Source of the DNA: a bacterium
Lineage (GTDB): Bacteria; Auribacterota; Auribacteria; Auribacterales; Auribacteraceae
Assembly (NCBI GenBank): GCA_024233545.1
Contig: JACKPL010000004.1
Coordinates: forward strand, 83,487 to 147,486
Direction of reading: 5' to 3'
Length of the DNA stretch: 64,000 nucleotides
Part shown: positions 1 through 10,703 of the stretch, piece after piece
How the letters are laid out: every line of letters starts with the position of its first letter
How positions within the stretch are numbered: the first letter of the stretch is position 1
Translations under genes and position numbers: made by a program
The notes under the pieces: generated by a model
Told to the model about the DNA's origin: nothing
The model's database searches: none
Seen by the model: the letters and a program-made list of their open reading frames with translations, nothing else

Positions 1-1237
1 TCAAAATATATTTTTTATATTGATCTCCAAATAATTTTGGGTTATTAACAAAAAATGTTATCTCTGGCGGCCGAGTTCCTGTTTGAACAGAATAAAAAAT
101 CTTCAACCGTTTTCCGCGAATAGCAGATGGCGGTTTTGCCATCATTGCATCCGAAACTAGCCGATTCAGTTCCGAGGTTTTAATATTCAGTGCAGAGCTT
201 TCGAGGAGTTGCGGTATCTGTTTATATATAAGGTGCAAATTTGTCCGGTGCAACGCTGAAAGACATACTATCGGAATATACGATAAAAATTTATATGTTT
301 TTTCTACGTGGCTTATCAATTCGTTTTGAGAAACTTCAGAGACCAAATCCCATTTATTAAAAACCAGCAACATTGCTTTGCCATGTTCCATGACCATTTT
401 AAGGATTCTGTCATCTTGGCGAGTTACGCCCTCTGTTGCATCAATGAGAACAAACACCAAATCGGATCGTTTTATCGCATCCTCTGTACGTAACAATGCA
501 TAAGATTCGACTGTATCATCGATTTTTTTTCGGTGACGTATTCCGGCGGTATCGACGAGAATATATTCTGTATTATGAATAGTAACTTTTGTATCAATAA
601 TATCACGTGTCGTGCCCGCAACCGAATCGACCATCGCGCGGTCTTCGTTTAGAATGGCGTTGAGCAGGGTTGATTTACCGACATTCGGTTTGCCGACAAT
701 AGTAATCTTGTCATACGATGCTTCTTTCGGACCAACGAGAGGCAGGTTTCGTGTAATTTCGTCTAAGAGGTCTTCTATTCCTAATCCATGATTTGCGGAC
801 ACAGGAAAAATCCGTTCAAACCCCAATTTATAAAAATCACCGATTACATAACTTTGCTCGTACTGATCGATTTTATTGACGCCGAGGATCACCGGTTTGG
901 TAAAATCGCGCAGGAATTTCCGCACATCTTGGTCATACGGGTTCAACCCTTCTTTTCCATCAACAAGAAAAACGATAACGTCTGCTTCTTTAAGCCCAAA
1001 TTGAACTTGCTGAAGAATGAGTTGGCTGATATGGCACTGAGTATCGAAATTTATGCCGCCTGTATCAATTAAGGTAAAATGATAATTAAACCAGTTCATA
1101 TCGGCATAGACTCTATCACGGGTAACGCCGCTTTGCGGGTCGACAATTGCCTTGCGCATACCTGCTAACCGGTTAAATAATGATGACTTTCCCACATTCG
1201 GGCGTCCAACAATAACTACTTTTGGAACAGAATCCAT
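1..1237 (-). CDS. der: GTPase Der/EngA; C-terminus runs off the window start
   Basis: Manual translation from ATG at 1237-1235: MDSVPKVVIVGRPNVGKSSLFN..DTGG..NKID, then a second G domain GKPNVGKSTLLN..DTAG..NKWD and a KH-like tail (..RLKIFYSVQTGTRPPEITFFVNNP..). Uninterrupted to position 1. Absent from the ORF track only because it is edge-truncated. Confidence 0.9.
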   Translation of the reverse strand, partial: MDSVPKVVIVGRPNVGKSSLFNRLAGMRKAIVDPQSGVTRDRVYADMNWFNYHFTLIDTGGINFDTQCHISQLILQQVQFGLKEADVIVFLVDGKEGLNPYDQDVRKFLRDFTKPVILGVNKIDQYEQSYVIGDFYKLGFERIFPVSANHGLGIEDLLDEITRNLPLVGPKEASYDKITIVGKPNVGKSTLLNAILNEDRAMVDSVAGTTRDIIDTKVTIHNTEYILVDTAGIRHRKKIDDTVESYALLRTEDAIKRSDLVFVLIDATEGVTRQDDRILKMVMEHGKAMLLVFNKWDLVSEVSQNELISHVEKTYKFLSYIPIVCLSALHRTNLHLIYKQIPQLLESSALNIKTSELNRLVSDAMMAKPPSAIRGKRLKIFYSVQTGTRPPEITFFVNNPKLFGDQYKKYIL

Positions 1238-1245
1238 AGTGATGC

Positions 1246-1761
1246 TCACTGTATTTTTTGAGAATTTAAAACTTTTGTTTCCCTATACACGTAATTGATG
1301 CCTGAAATAATAGTAAATGCAAATGTTACAAAGAAGGAGACAACTGATATTCGCCATTGCAAAAGCACTAATAGGATTGTAGCCATTTGAAAAAGTAGTA
1401 GTTAGTTTTCCTAAAAAAATGCGGTAAAAATTTCAGTTTTCCGACCATTAAATACACCAATAATGCGCCAAGAAGAATAACAATGTCGCGGCTTATTATG
1501 CCGACGGCAAGCCAAGAAGGTATTTTGTAATCCAACCCCATGAGGCAAACTCAGTATAATTGTAGCAGACATGAGCAATAATTTATCAGCAACAGGGTCA
1601 AGAATTGTTTTAATAATGTTTTTTGTTGTTTTAGGCGAGCAATCATACAAATCAAGCCCATCGGAAATTACCGCAAGAACAAACACAGCGAAAGCCGACC
1701 ATCGAAGTTCAATTAAATTTGCATAATTCTGAGAATTGTAACGTTCTTTATGCTCCAACAA
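1246..1761 (-). pseudogene. pgsA: CDP-alcohol phosphatidyltransferase (PgsA-like), reading frame interrupted
   Basis: ORF 1411-1761 has ISDGLD and LDPVADKLL, but the intervening expected ..MIARLKQQKT.. lies in the +1 frame. The C-terminal piece ..FAFTIISGINYVYRETKV..* (stop 1246-1248) is in yet another frame. Confidence 0.65.
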
Positions 1762-1808
1762 GAGAACACAAACAGCGGAATAGAAAAATCCTAAATAACG
1801 TAATGCGA

Positions 1809-3163
1809 TTAGGCCAATTCAGCACTGAATAGCCCCTTTTTATGGAGAAAATCAATGGTACGCCGTAATCGGGCAATTGTTTGTTCCTTGCCGAGCGTCA
1901 CCATTATATCATATAAACCGGGCCCCGCCATGACACCAGTCAACGCTACCCTGCATGGATGAATTACTGAACCGATTGAAACTTTTGTTTTTCGCTGACA
2001 TTATGTACAGCTTGTTCCGCAGTCTCGTTTGTAAAGAAGATAATTCTGCAATTTCATTGACCAAAGAACAAGTGTATCGGAAACACCGGATTTAGCAAGA
2101 CGCTTATCGACTGCCTTTTCATCATATTCGTAATTATCATTGAAAAAATAGCTGGTTTGAGCAGGAAGGTCAGCAAGGACACGGACTCTTTCCTGCATCA
2201 AACGTATTACGTTGCTGAATGTTGTGTTTTTGAGTTGATGTTTTGAACCGCTTTTTCCATGAATGGCGTGACAAGCATTTTGAAGGTATCTGAAGGCAAC
2301 TTTTTATGTATTCGCCATTCATCCATCGAAGTTTTCATCGTCAAACACTGCATTGCTTCTGTTTATTCGATCGAGCGAGAAACACTGTATGAGAGTTCTT
2401 TTCTCGAAAACAATTCTCTATCATCCCCGGAGACCAACCGAGCAAAGCGAGAAAATTAACCAGCGCATCACTGAGAAACCCTTCTTCCTGATAGGATTGT
2501 ACCGAAGTAGCGCCGTGGCGTTTGCTCAAACGTGTTCGGTCTTTGCCGAGAATGAGAGGTACGTGAGCAAATTTAGGAACAGGAAATCCGGAGTGCGTTG
2601 TATAACGGTATTTGTTTCGAGTATTTGAAATATGGTCATCTCCACGAATAATATGTGTCATCCCCATTAGTGCATCATCAACAACGCATGCAAAATTGTA
2701 GGTCGGAGAACCATCGGATTTAAATATGACAAGGTCTTTTATTAGACTGTTATCAAACTCCATTGAACCATGAATAATATCATCGACAATCACTTTTCAT
2801 GGGGAATCTTGAAAATAACCGCTTTGTGACTGCCGCGATCCTCTTCAGAATAATATGCGTATCCATCTTGAATTAAACGCTGAGCATATTCGCGATATAT
2901 GTCCCATCGTTGAGATTGAAAAAACGGCCCTTCATCCCAATCTAACCCAAGCCACTGTAAACTTTCTATTATACGTTCTACGTCTTCGCTGTAGTAGACC
3001 GTTGCTGGTCAGTGTCTTCAATGCGCAACACCATACTGCCGCTGTTGCTTCTCGCAAATAACCAATTAAAAGCGCTGTACGAGCGCCGCCATATATGCAG
3101 ATATCCTGTCGGGCTTGGTGCAAAACGCACTTTAACGTTTGCAGTGTTTCGGCTCATACTCAT
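1809..3163 (-). pseudogene. gltX: glutamyl-tRNA synthetase, reading frame interrupted many times
   Basis: Fragments 2978-3163 ([13 protein letters not shown].., LRIEDTD), 2932-3123 (GGARTAL in another frame), 2341-2793 (THIIRGDDHISNT.., LSKRHGATSV), 2001-2201, and a tail ..RVALTGVMAGPGLYDIIMVTLGKEQTIARL..* ending at 1809. At least four frames are used. Confidence 0.8.
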
Positions 3164-3168
3164 ACCCT

Positions 3169-3678
3169 TTAAAAAGCTGCTTTATTTTGTTCGTGCATTT
3201 CCGGCGACAACTTAAAAAGTGTTTTTCGCAGTCTTTTAAAAGGTTTTGGTTTGAATCAATCCAAAAACTTAAAAAGAAACCGATCGTAACCATATTGGAT
3301 GCACGGGGCAAATTCATATCATTAGCAATATCTGTAGCAGGAATGCGTTGTACATCATATGTACCGTTAAATTCAGGAGGATGCGGCACAAGGGTTGAAT
3401 TATAAATTACCAATCCATTAGGCTTTACGCGCGGCAAAAACCTTTTAATGACGGTTCGTTGAGCATAATGAGCGCATCGGCTTTATTTACAAGAGGTGAT
3501 GCAATAGGAGTATCGGCAATAACAACCCCTGCATGGCATGTTCCGCCACGCACTTCTGCACCATAAGATGGGTAAAACGTAACATTATAATCATCGTTCA
3601 TCCCTGCGGAACAGAGTATCTTTCCGAGTGATAACACACCTTGTCCGCCAAACCCGCAATAAGAATTTGATATTCCAT
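3169..3678 (-). pseudogene. korG: 2-oxoacid:ferredoxin oxidoreductase gamma subunit, frame interrupted
   Basis: ATG at 3678 (MEYQILIAG..), then the FGGQGVLSLGKIL motif is broken by a missing base near 3650. Fragments 3425-3637 and 3132-3437. Tail ..EQNKAAF* stops at 3169. Confidence 0.7.
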
Positions 3679-4408
3679 TTATTCGTCCTTAAAAACGCCG
3701 GTTTTAAATTGTTCCGCAACTACATTTTGCACATAATCCAACGATTCGCCGGGACTCATTCCCCAATATGTGGGACACGTGGACAAAATTTCCACTAGAG
3801 AAAAACCGCGGTTTTCCTGCTGTACCTCTAACGCCCGTTTCATATATTTCTTTGTCCGAAGAACTTGACCGGGATTGGAAACGGTACCGCGCGCTAAATA
3901 TTTTACTCCGGGAAACGTTTTTATCATTTCCATTAAATCGATTGGAAACCCTACTTCGTTTGGATCACGCCCATCAGGAGTCGTCAAGGTTTTGTTGCCT
4001 TCAAGAGTTGTTGGAGCGAGCTGGCCCCTGTCATGCCGTAGATACCATTATTCACAAATATTATGGTAATTTTTTCGCCACGGTTAGCGGCATGTATGGT
4101 TTCGGCTAAACTGATTGCCAGCAAGTCGCCATCGCCTTGATAAGTCATAATTATTTTGTCAGGCGCCGCACGTTTCATCCCAGTCGCAACCGCAGGGGCG
4201 CGCCCATGGGGGCTTCGGTGAAATCGAAGTTAAAATAGTGGTATGCAATCACGGCGCATCCTACGGGCGCAACCGCAATTATATCGCCGTGTATCCCCAT
4301 TTCATCAATAACCTCGCCTAAGGCACGGTGTATTATGCCGTGCCCGCATCCCGGACAGTAATGTGTGCGCGCCGAAGTGAGCGATTCGGCAATAGCAAAA
4401 TCAGGCAT
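3679..4408 (-). pseudogene. korB: 2-oxoacid:ferredoxin oxidoreductase beta (TPP-binding) subunit, frame interrupted twice
   Basis: Three exactly abutting ORFs, 4175-4408 (..HYCPGCGHGII..), 3984-4178 (..QGDGDLLAI..) and 3679-3987, together read as one KorB-like protein. Confidence 0.8.
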
Positions 4409-4438
4409 ATTTAAACTCCATTTTTATGAATATTTCAT

Positions 4439-5463
4439 CTATTTTTGTTCGATTTCATCAGCATCAGTCAAAGGCGCCGCCGATTTTGCCGAAAAATGAA
4501 TCTTGTTAGAATTGCCAAGGGAAAGTTTGACGTCTTCGATCATCTGTCCTGCTGACCATTCTATGACAAGAATATCCGATGCATGTTTTGCCACGCGCTG
4601 TAGTTCTTTTCGGGGTACGGCCAAAGAGTGATCGGACGGAATAAACCGACTTTAACACCTTGCCCGCGCAGTTTTGTTATCGCTGATTTTGCCATTCGTG
4701 CCGGAGTACCGTATGCGACAACAATCAAATCCGCATCATCGGTTAAAAACATTCAGCCCGTGTTTCATTACGCTGAATTGTTTCGTATCGATCTACTAAC
4801 CGTTGGCTTAACTTTTGGCTGTCTGACCACTGCATATAAAAGAACGAACAATATTTTGTTGTCTTCCTTACAACCGGTTAAAGCCCATGACTTATCATAG
4901 TTTTCTTTTGTTTGTATTCCGCAATTCAAAGGGTTCCCGCATTTGCCCAATCATTCCATCGAGCAATAGCATAACGGGGAGTGCGGTATTTATCGGCAAG
5001 ATCAAAGGCATCATAGGTCAAATCTCCTGCATCCTGAACACAGGAAGGAGCAAGAACAATCGTTCGGTAATCGCCATGCCCGCCTCCTCTTGTCGCTTGA
5101 AAATAGTCGCCTTGTGCGGGAAATATTGCCTAATCCTGGCCCCGTACGCATAACATTGACGATTACAACAGGCAGTTCGCATCCTGCCATATAGGAAATA
5201 CATTCTTGTTTTGCTTAACCCGGGACCGGATGAAGACGTCATGGTGCGTTTGCCGCATGCCGAAGTACCTAATGCCATATTGATGGCGGCAATCTCGCTT
5301 TCCGCTTGAATAAACGTTCCGTTTACTTGTTTCATTCGTTTTGCAAGATATGCGCTTATTTCGTTTTGAGGCGTAATCGGGTATCCGTAGTAATGGCGGC
5401 AACCCGCCTGAACTGCGCATTCCGATATTGCTTCGTTCCCGCAACAGAGAAATTTTTACCCAT
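4439..5463 (-). pseudogene. korA: 2-oxoacid:ferredoxin oxidoreductase alpha subunit, frame interrupted several times
   Basis: ATG at 5463. Fragments 5163-5444, 5018-5335 (..VNGTFIQAESEIAAINMALGTSACGKRTMTSSSGPGL..), 4768-4950, 4561-4752 and 4439-4624, in different frames. Confidence 0.75.
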
Positions 5464-5522
5464 TAGATTAAGCCGCCTTAATTCTTTGCTTGTTTCGGAC
5501 GATCATCATGTATAGTAATAGC

Positions 5523-5702
5523 TCAATCAGGACACATAGTTGCACACATACAACATGCAATACATTTGCTTTGGTCGATGCATTCTACATAGGTATTTCC
5601 ATAATCATTCAGCTCAGTACCCATACGCAATGTTTTTGTCGGACATACTCTAACACAAAGAGAACATCCTTTGCACTTATTTTTATCAACATTGAACCGC
5701 AT
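5523..5702 (-). CDS. korD: 2-oxoacid:ferredoxin oxidoreductase delta subunit (2x[4Fe-4S] ferredoxin)
   Basis: MRFNVDKNKCKGCSLCVRVCP....CIACCMCATMCPD: two CxxCxxCxxxCP-type motifs. Sits directly upstream of korA. Confidence 0.8.
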   Translation of the reverse strand: MRFNVDKNKCKGCSLCVRVCPTKTLRMGTELNDYGNTYVECIDQSKCIACCMCATMCPD

Positions 5703-6552
5703 TATCGTTCTCCCCCAATTAAGTTTTTGCCGCAATATCTCGTAATATGAGCGCGCACGAAGGGTAACAAGTTTTATCGGATGAGGGGCAACTTTGATTA
5801 TAACACAATCATTTTGATTGACTGTATAGACTTGTTGGCCGTCAATAGTTATTAAACCGTCTTTTGTGGAAGATTTCAACGAAATTCTTATAACCGATGT
5901 GGGATCGACAATGAGCGGGCGGTTTGTCAATGTGTGAGGACATAACGGAGTGAGAAGAATACCCTTCGCGTTTGGCGATACTATCGGGCCGCCTGCGGAT
6001 AATGAATGTGCCGTTGAACCAGTCGGTGTTGCAATAATTAAACCATCGGCAACATATGTTGTAAGATATTCATCATTGATATTCACTTCTATTTCGATCA
6101 AACGGGCAATTGCTTCTCGTGAAACGACAACATCATTCAATGCCACAGAAGATATGCCATTACTAAGAAAACATTCGATCGCCATCCGGTCTTCAATCTC
6201 AAAATTGCCGTTTTCTACCGTGGTAAGAATATCTTCCGGATTCTGAGGAGCAGTACCGGTCAGGGAAACCGAACCGTCCAAAATTAATTCCGAGAATGGA
6301 ATTAAACTTTTTGTAAAAAAAACGAGCGGTATTAAGAAGAGTCCCATCACCGCCAAGTGATAAAGCAATTCCTATTTTTTTTATGAGTTCTTCGGGATGC
6401 ATATAGTTATGAGAAAGCCTAATAGCGTCAGCTACTTCTTTATCGGGAATATAACACGGCCAACCGTATTTCTCCGCCGCTTTTACAAGAATAGCCGCAT
6501 AATCAACAGCGCTTCTTTTTTTTTGAGGATTGACAATGAGGCCAATCCCATT
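5703..6552 (-). pseudogene. nadK: NAD kinase, frame interrupted; 5' end approximate
   Basis: GGDGTLL motif in ORF 6199-6402. ..ATPTGSTAHSLSAGGPIVSP.. and ..YYEILRQKLNWG in ORF 5523-6368. N-terminal ..NGIGLIVNPQKKRSAVDYA.. lies in another frame with no clean start codon. Confidence 0.7.
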
Positions 6553-6562
6553 AGCTAACTCT

Positions 6563-7291
6563 TTATACCTTTACTGCCCACAATATATACTCCTGATTTC
6601 CTGCCGGCCCAGTTATCGGCGACTTAACTTGACCGCAAACATCGAGACATAACACTTTCAGGAATTTTATCATATCATCAAGAATAAGAGAAATAAGTTT
6701 TTGGTCATGCACAACACCTTTTTGCCAACTTGGTTTTTTTCGCTTCAAACTGCGGTTTAACGAGCACTAGCATTATACCTTCTTTTTTAGCGATGAAATA
6801 AGTGCAGGAATAATTTTTTTTATCGAAATAAAAGAAACATCCATCGTTATTATATCAACATTTTCAGGAATGTCGGCCGGTTTAAAAAACGAGCATTCAT
6901 ACCGTCAATTTTGTACAACACGCGGATCATTCCGCAATGATTCGTCTAATAAAATTTCCTGACGTCAACAGCATATACCTTTTGTGCTCCCGCTTGTAAA
7001 GACAATCGGTAAATCCGCCAGTCGATGCGCCGATATCAAGCGCAATTTTCCCTGAATAATAAGGTTGAATGCTTCCAGAGCACCTTCAAGTTTATATCCG
7101 CCGCGGCTAACAAACCGTTCCGGTTCACGAATTTCAAACTCGATAGCATCATGAACTAATAATCCCGGTTTAAAGAGAACTATAGCCTTCAGCAGACACC
7201 TTCCCTGCCATGATAGCGCGCCGTGCTTGTTCGCACGTAGGGTAAAATCCTTTTTCGACAAGCAGTTGAACAATCTGCTGACGTTTTTCAT
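6563..7291 (-). pseudogene. tlyA: TlyA-family rRNA 2'-O-methyltransferase, frame interrupted
   Basis: ATG at 7291. S4-like ..LLVEKGFYPT..QARRAIMAGKV.. and ..FVSRGGYKLEGALEAFN.., ..ALDIGASTGGFTDCL.. and ..SPITGPAGNQEYILWAVK* are spread over several frames. Confidence 0.7.
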
Positions 7292-7294
7292 TGG

Positions 7295-8049
7295 ACGGAA
7301 GAAACCAGTACCCATCAAGGCATTCCAGCTTACCGGCATAATATGAGATATAATCTCCAACACCACTTGTGCATAGAGCTGAATCTCCTTTTGAGCATGA
7401 GGATCAAGGCGAAGTTTACATAACCGCGAATATGCGGCAAGGCTGGCCGTCTCTACAAATTCCGTATACATATTTTGAGGCAGTATCATTCGCGCTTGTT
7501 CAGGGGCATATTCCTTTTAAGGAGCATATTATACACAGTTACTGCTTGATTGCACACATCAACATCTTCAGGAAGAAGAGGGATCGTTTCATCGCTTGAA
7601 CCTTGCTTTACGTTATCTGCTTTTAAGCGCCATTTTGAAGGAAAAACAGTTCGGGTTCATAGGAGACATATCGGCGGGATACTTCATTGCGCGTAAACCC
7701 AACTTGATGCTTATACCATTGGCGCGAAACGAAAATAGGCATTTTAATCCTGAATTGAAGTTGGCATTGTGAAAAAGGCGTCAGTGCTGATGCACAGCAA
7801 GATAATTTATCAATCGCACATCTTTTTCATTCAACCTTTTGTTTTCTGTTCGGATGCCATTTTTTCTTCGGTTACAATATCCCATTCGCTTTGCTTATGC
7901 AAAGATACTCGAGCGGCATTAACGACGGTTAAATCATCACCCATATAATCAATCAGTTCTACACTGCTTTTCCCATCTCCCAGCGGGTCATACTTAACTG
8001 TGTTTTTAATGTTATTAGCGATAGTATTCATACAACACACAACCTTCAT
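7295..8049 (-). pseudogene. thyX: FAD-dependent thymidylate synthase ThyX, frame interrupted; 3' end approximate
   Basis: 7831-8049 (..VELIDYMGDDLTVVNAARVS..). Mid fragment MPIFVSRQWYKHQVGFTRNEVSRRY (ThyX RHR/SxRY-type motif). C-terminal ..LRLDPHAQKEIQLYAQVVLEI.. lies in the N-terminal part of ORF 6965-7489. Confidence 0.7.
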
Positions 8050-8065
8050 TCTGCATCGTTTACTA

Positions 8066-8434
8066 TTAGAACAAAGAAATCCTCTGTCGCCTCGTTTTTA
8101 GGGTAGTGCTTTTTGATTGTTCTGGGAGCGTGTTATCACTATGGTGTTCTAATTCAGTACTCGGTGTTTCAATATCTTTTTCAGTTTTAATGGGAATCTC
8201 CGTAGAAAGATCATTTGGTTCGTTCTTTTCCTGAGCGGTTTCTTCACTTTGGCTGTCCGGTTCATGTTTTGTATCAGAGGCAAGGTTGAGGTTAGGTGCA
8301 ACTTCATTATTTTCTTTTACTTCAGTACTAACATCTGTTGTTTTAGAAGAAGGTTCTTGTACAATCGGCGATTCTTGTACAGTGGGTTGCGGATTAAAAT
8401 CGACAAGTTCGGTTGAACCATCAGTTTTTTTTTT
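8066..8434 (-). other. open frame of about 120 codons, acidic and low complexity, with no start codon, directly after xseB
   Basis: Frame reads KKKTDGSTELVDFNPQPTVQESPIVQEPSSKTTDVSTEVKENNEV...TRRQRISLF*. It is bounded upstream by a stop inside the 12-nt homopolymer. Confidence 0.3.
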
Positions 8435-8609
8435 TTAGTAAAATTTCTATTTTTCTCTGCTCTATCAATTCTTTTTGCAGAATTGTGATAAATGAATTCC
8501 TTCTTCGTATTTTTTTTAGCGATTCGTCAAGGGCAAGGTCTCCTCCTTCCATTTCCGATACGATAAGTTCCAATTCTTTTAATGCCGTTTCAAATGATTT
8601 TTTTTCCAT
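8421..8609 (-). CDS. xseB: exodeoxyribonuclease VII small subunit
   Basis: MEKKSFETALKELELIVSEMEGGDLALDESLKK.. is a typical XseB N-terminus. Located downstream of xseA. Confidence 0.8.
   Translation of the reverse strand: MEKKSFETALKELELIVSEMEGGDLALDESLKKIRRRNSFITILQKELIEQRKIEILLKKKN
8425..8436. repeat. 12-nt T homopolymer (A12 on the coding strand) at the xseB stop
   Basis: Read directly: tcag + t x12 + agta. Confidence 0.95.
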
Positions 8610-8656
8610 CTCATGTACTCCTGAGTATAATAAATTATTGAATTATGGTGTTGTCT

Positions 8657-9914
8657 TTACGATAATTCGATCTGCAGTGGCGGTAATATCGCCATCAGCC
8701 AAATAGATTTTAAACGGCTCCCCGGATTGATCGATTTAACTGATTTAACCACTTGTGCATCGCCAAGCTTTGTAACAATCGAATACCCTCTCGCAAGGAT
8801 TGCGGAAGGGCTGAAAGCAGTCAGTTTCTCGTATATAATAATAATTTGCTCTGAATAAAGCTCGACTAAATGTTTCATATGGTTATGAATACGGAATTCT
8901 ATATCGTCAATATGCTGTTGGAGTTGCTTAATACGGTTTTCAGGTTCGGCAAATACTTTGTGCTGTGATAAAGCCGTTAGATGATGTCGAGCATTAGATA
9001 GTTTCTGTTTTATTTTCAGATTGAGTATATAGATGTAGTTTTTAGTTTTTCTATGAGGTCTGCTTTGCTTGAAATAACCAATTCTGCCGCCGCGGAAGGG
9101 TTGGCACGCGCAAATCCGCAACATAATCCGATATTGTCCAGTCGATCTCATGGCCGACCGCAGAAATAACCGGAATTTTTGAAGCAAAAATACTTCGCGC
9201 AACGTGTTCGTCATTAAATCCCCAAAAGGTCTTCCAAACTGCCTCCTCCCCGAGTAACAAGAATGACGTCGACAAGCTTAAGCCGGTTAAATTCATCAAT
9301 CGCCGCGGCTATTTCCATCGGGGACTGTTCTCCTTGTACCCGAACAGGATTGATAATCAGATGGATATTCGAGAAGCGCCGGTTTAGAATATTTTAAATA
9401 TCCCGAAGCGCGGCTCCAGTCGGCGACGTTACCACACCTACTTTTTTAGGTAAGAGAGGTATCGGTTTTTTTGTGGATTGAATCGAATAACCCTTCTTCG
9501 CTTAATTTCTTTTTTAATTGTTCAAATGCAAGCTGAAGCGCGCCGACTCCTTTCGGTTCCATAGTTTGAACAATGATTTGATATTGCCCTGAACGTTCAT
9601 AAACACTAATGGAACCAAACACCAGCAGTTTCATTCCGTCTTCTATTTTAAACGGAACCTTTGAGGCGCTTGAACGATACATTATGCCTTGTATCTGTGC
9701 TCGCTCATCTTTTAGTGTGAAATAAAAGTGACCGGACGACGGTTTGCGGAAATTTGATATTTCTGCCTCAAGCCATAATGGCGGAAATTGAGTTTCGAGA
9801 AGGTTTTTATCGATTGTGTGAGTTCGGTTACCGAAAAATGTGGTCTTTCCTACTTTCCACCGGTACCGGAGAATCGAGATAATCTACCAGAGTGTCAACT
9901 AATTTGCTTGACAT
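8657..9914 (-). pseudogene. xseA: exodeoxyribonuclease VII large subunit, frame interrupted many times
   Basis: ATG at 9914 with a GGAG Shine-Dalgarno. Pieces ..ELTQSIK..GHFYFTLKDERAQIQ.., 9446-9682 (OB-fold part), 9051-9299 and 8657-9214 (coiled-coil C-terminus), in different frames. Confidence 0.75.
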
Positions 9915-10692
9915 AATTTTTCTCCATTCGGGTTATGCCTGTGGCGTGTCCGGTTTTATCATCAATGTTTATAAGTACGCTCTGCAAAACAATATTGTCG
10001 GATGCAATAGTAAATTGAGTTGAAGCCCTGTTACAAAATGTTCAACAACCGGTTTTATATCCCTGCCGAGAACAGATTGTTCGGAACCGACCATTCCGAC
10101 GTCGGTGATGTAAGCGGTATGCTTCGGCAACAGTTTAGCATCGGCAGTAGGAATGTGCGTATGGGTACCAACAACTGCCGAAACTTTGCCGTCCAAAAAC
10201 CATCCCATTGCAATTTTTTTTTCGGAGGTTTGCTTCGGCATGGAAATCAACCAAAATGATCGGTGTAATACGACGCAATGCAATGACATGGCTCTCCACT
10301 GCTCGAAAAGGGCAATCGGCTGGCTGCATAAAACTCGTCCCAGAATATTTATAACGCCTACGGAAATTCCTGATGCACTTGTAATAACGCAACTCCCTTT
10401 ACCGGGAGAATTGGGAGGATAATTAGCCGGACGCAACACTTTATCCGTCGAAGCGAATAGCTCCAATACCTCTTTTTTTCTCCAAATATGGTCGCCGGAA
10501 GTAATAACACTGACCCCGCTTTCGAATAGTTCCGCGGCGATTTTCGGTGTGATGCCTGATCCGCCTGCAGAATTTTTCTCCGTTTGCGATGAATAAGTCA
10601 ATATCCTCAGTTTCCTGAAGTTCCCTAATTGCTTCTCGAACTGCTGTTCTGCCGGGTTTGCCGACAATATCGCCGATAAAAAGAATGTTCAT
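9895..10692 (-). pseudogene. YmdB-like metallophosphoesterase (2',3'-cyclic-nucleotide phosphodiesterase family), frame interrupted
   Basis: MNILFIGDIVGKPGR.. (10441-10692), ..GTHTHIPTADAKLLP..AYITDVGMVG.. (9969-10667), and a tail ..DDKTGHATGITRME.. in another frame. Confidence 0.7.
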
Positions 10693-10703
10693 CAGAAGAG
10701 TAT

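Noticed and set aside
5523-6368. 281-aa ORF that looks like a NadK-ferredoxin (KorD) fusion protein.
   Set aside because: NadK reads ..KLNWG RTI M RFNV.. straight into korD only because of a G5 run (C5 on the plus strand, 5712-5716). With G4 the frame gives ..NWGER-TAA overlapping the korD ATG (TAATG), a normal gene junction. The site lies inside the indel-ridden block, so this is a homopolymer artefact and not a fusion.
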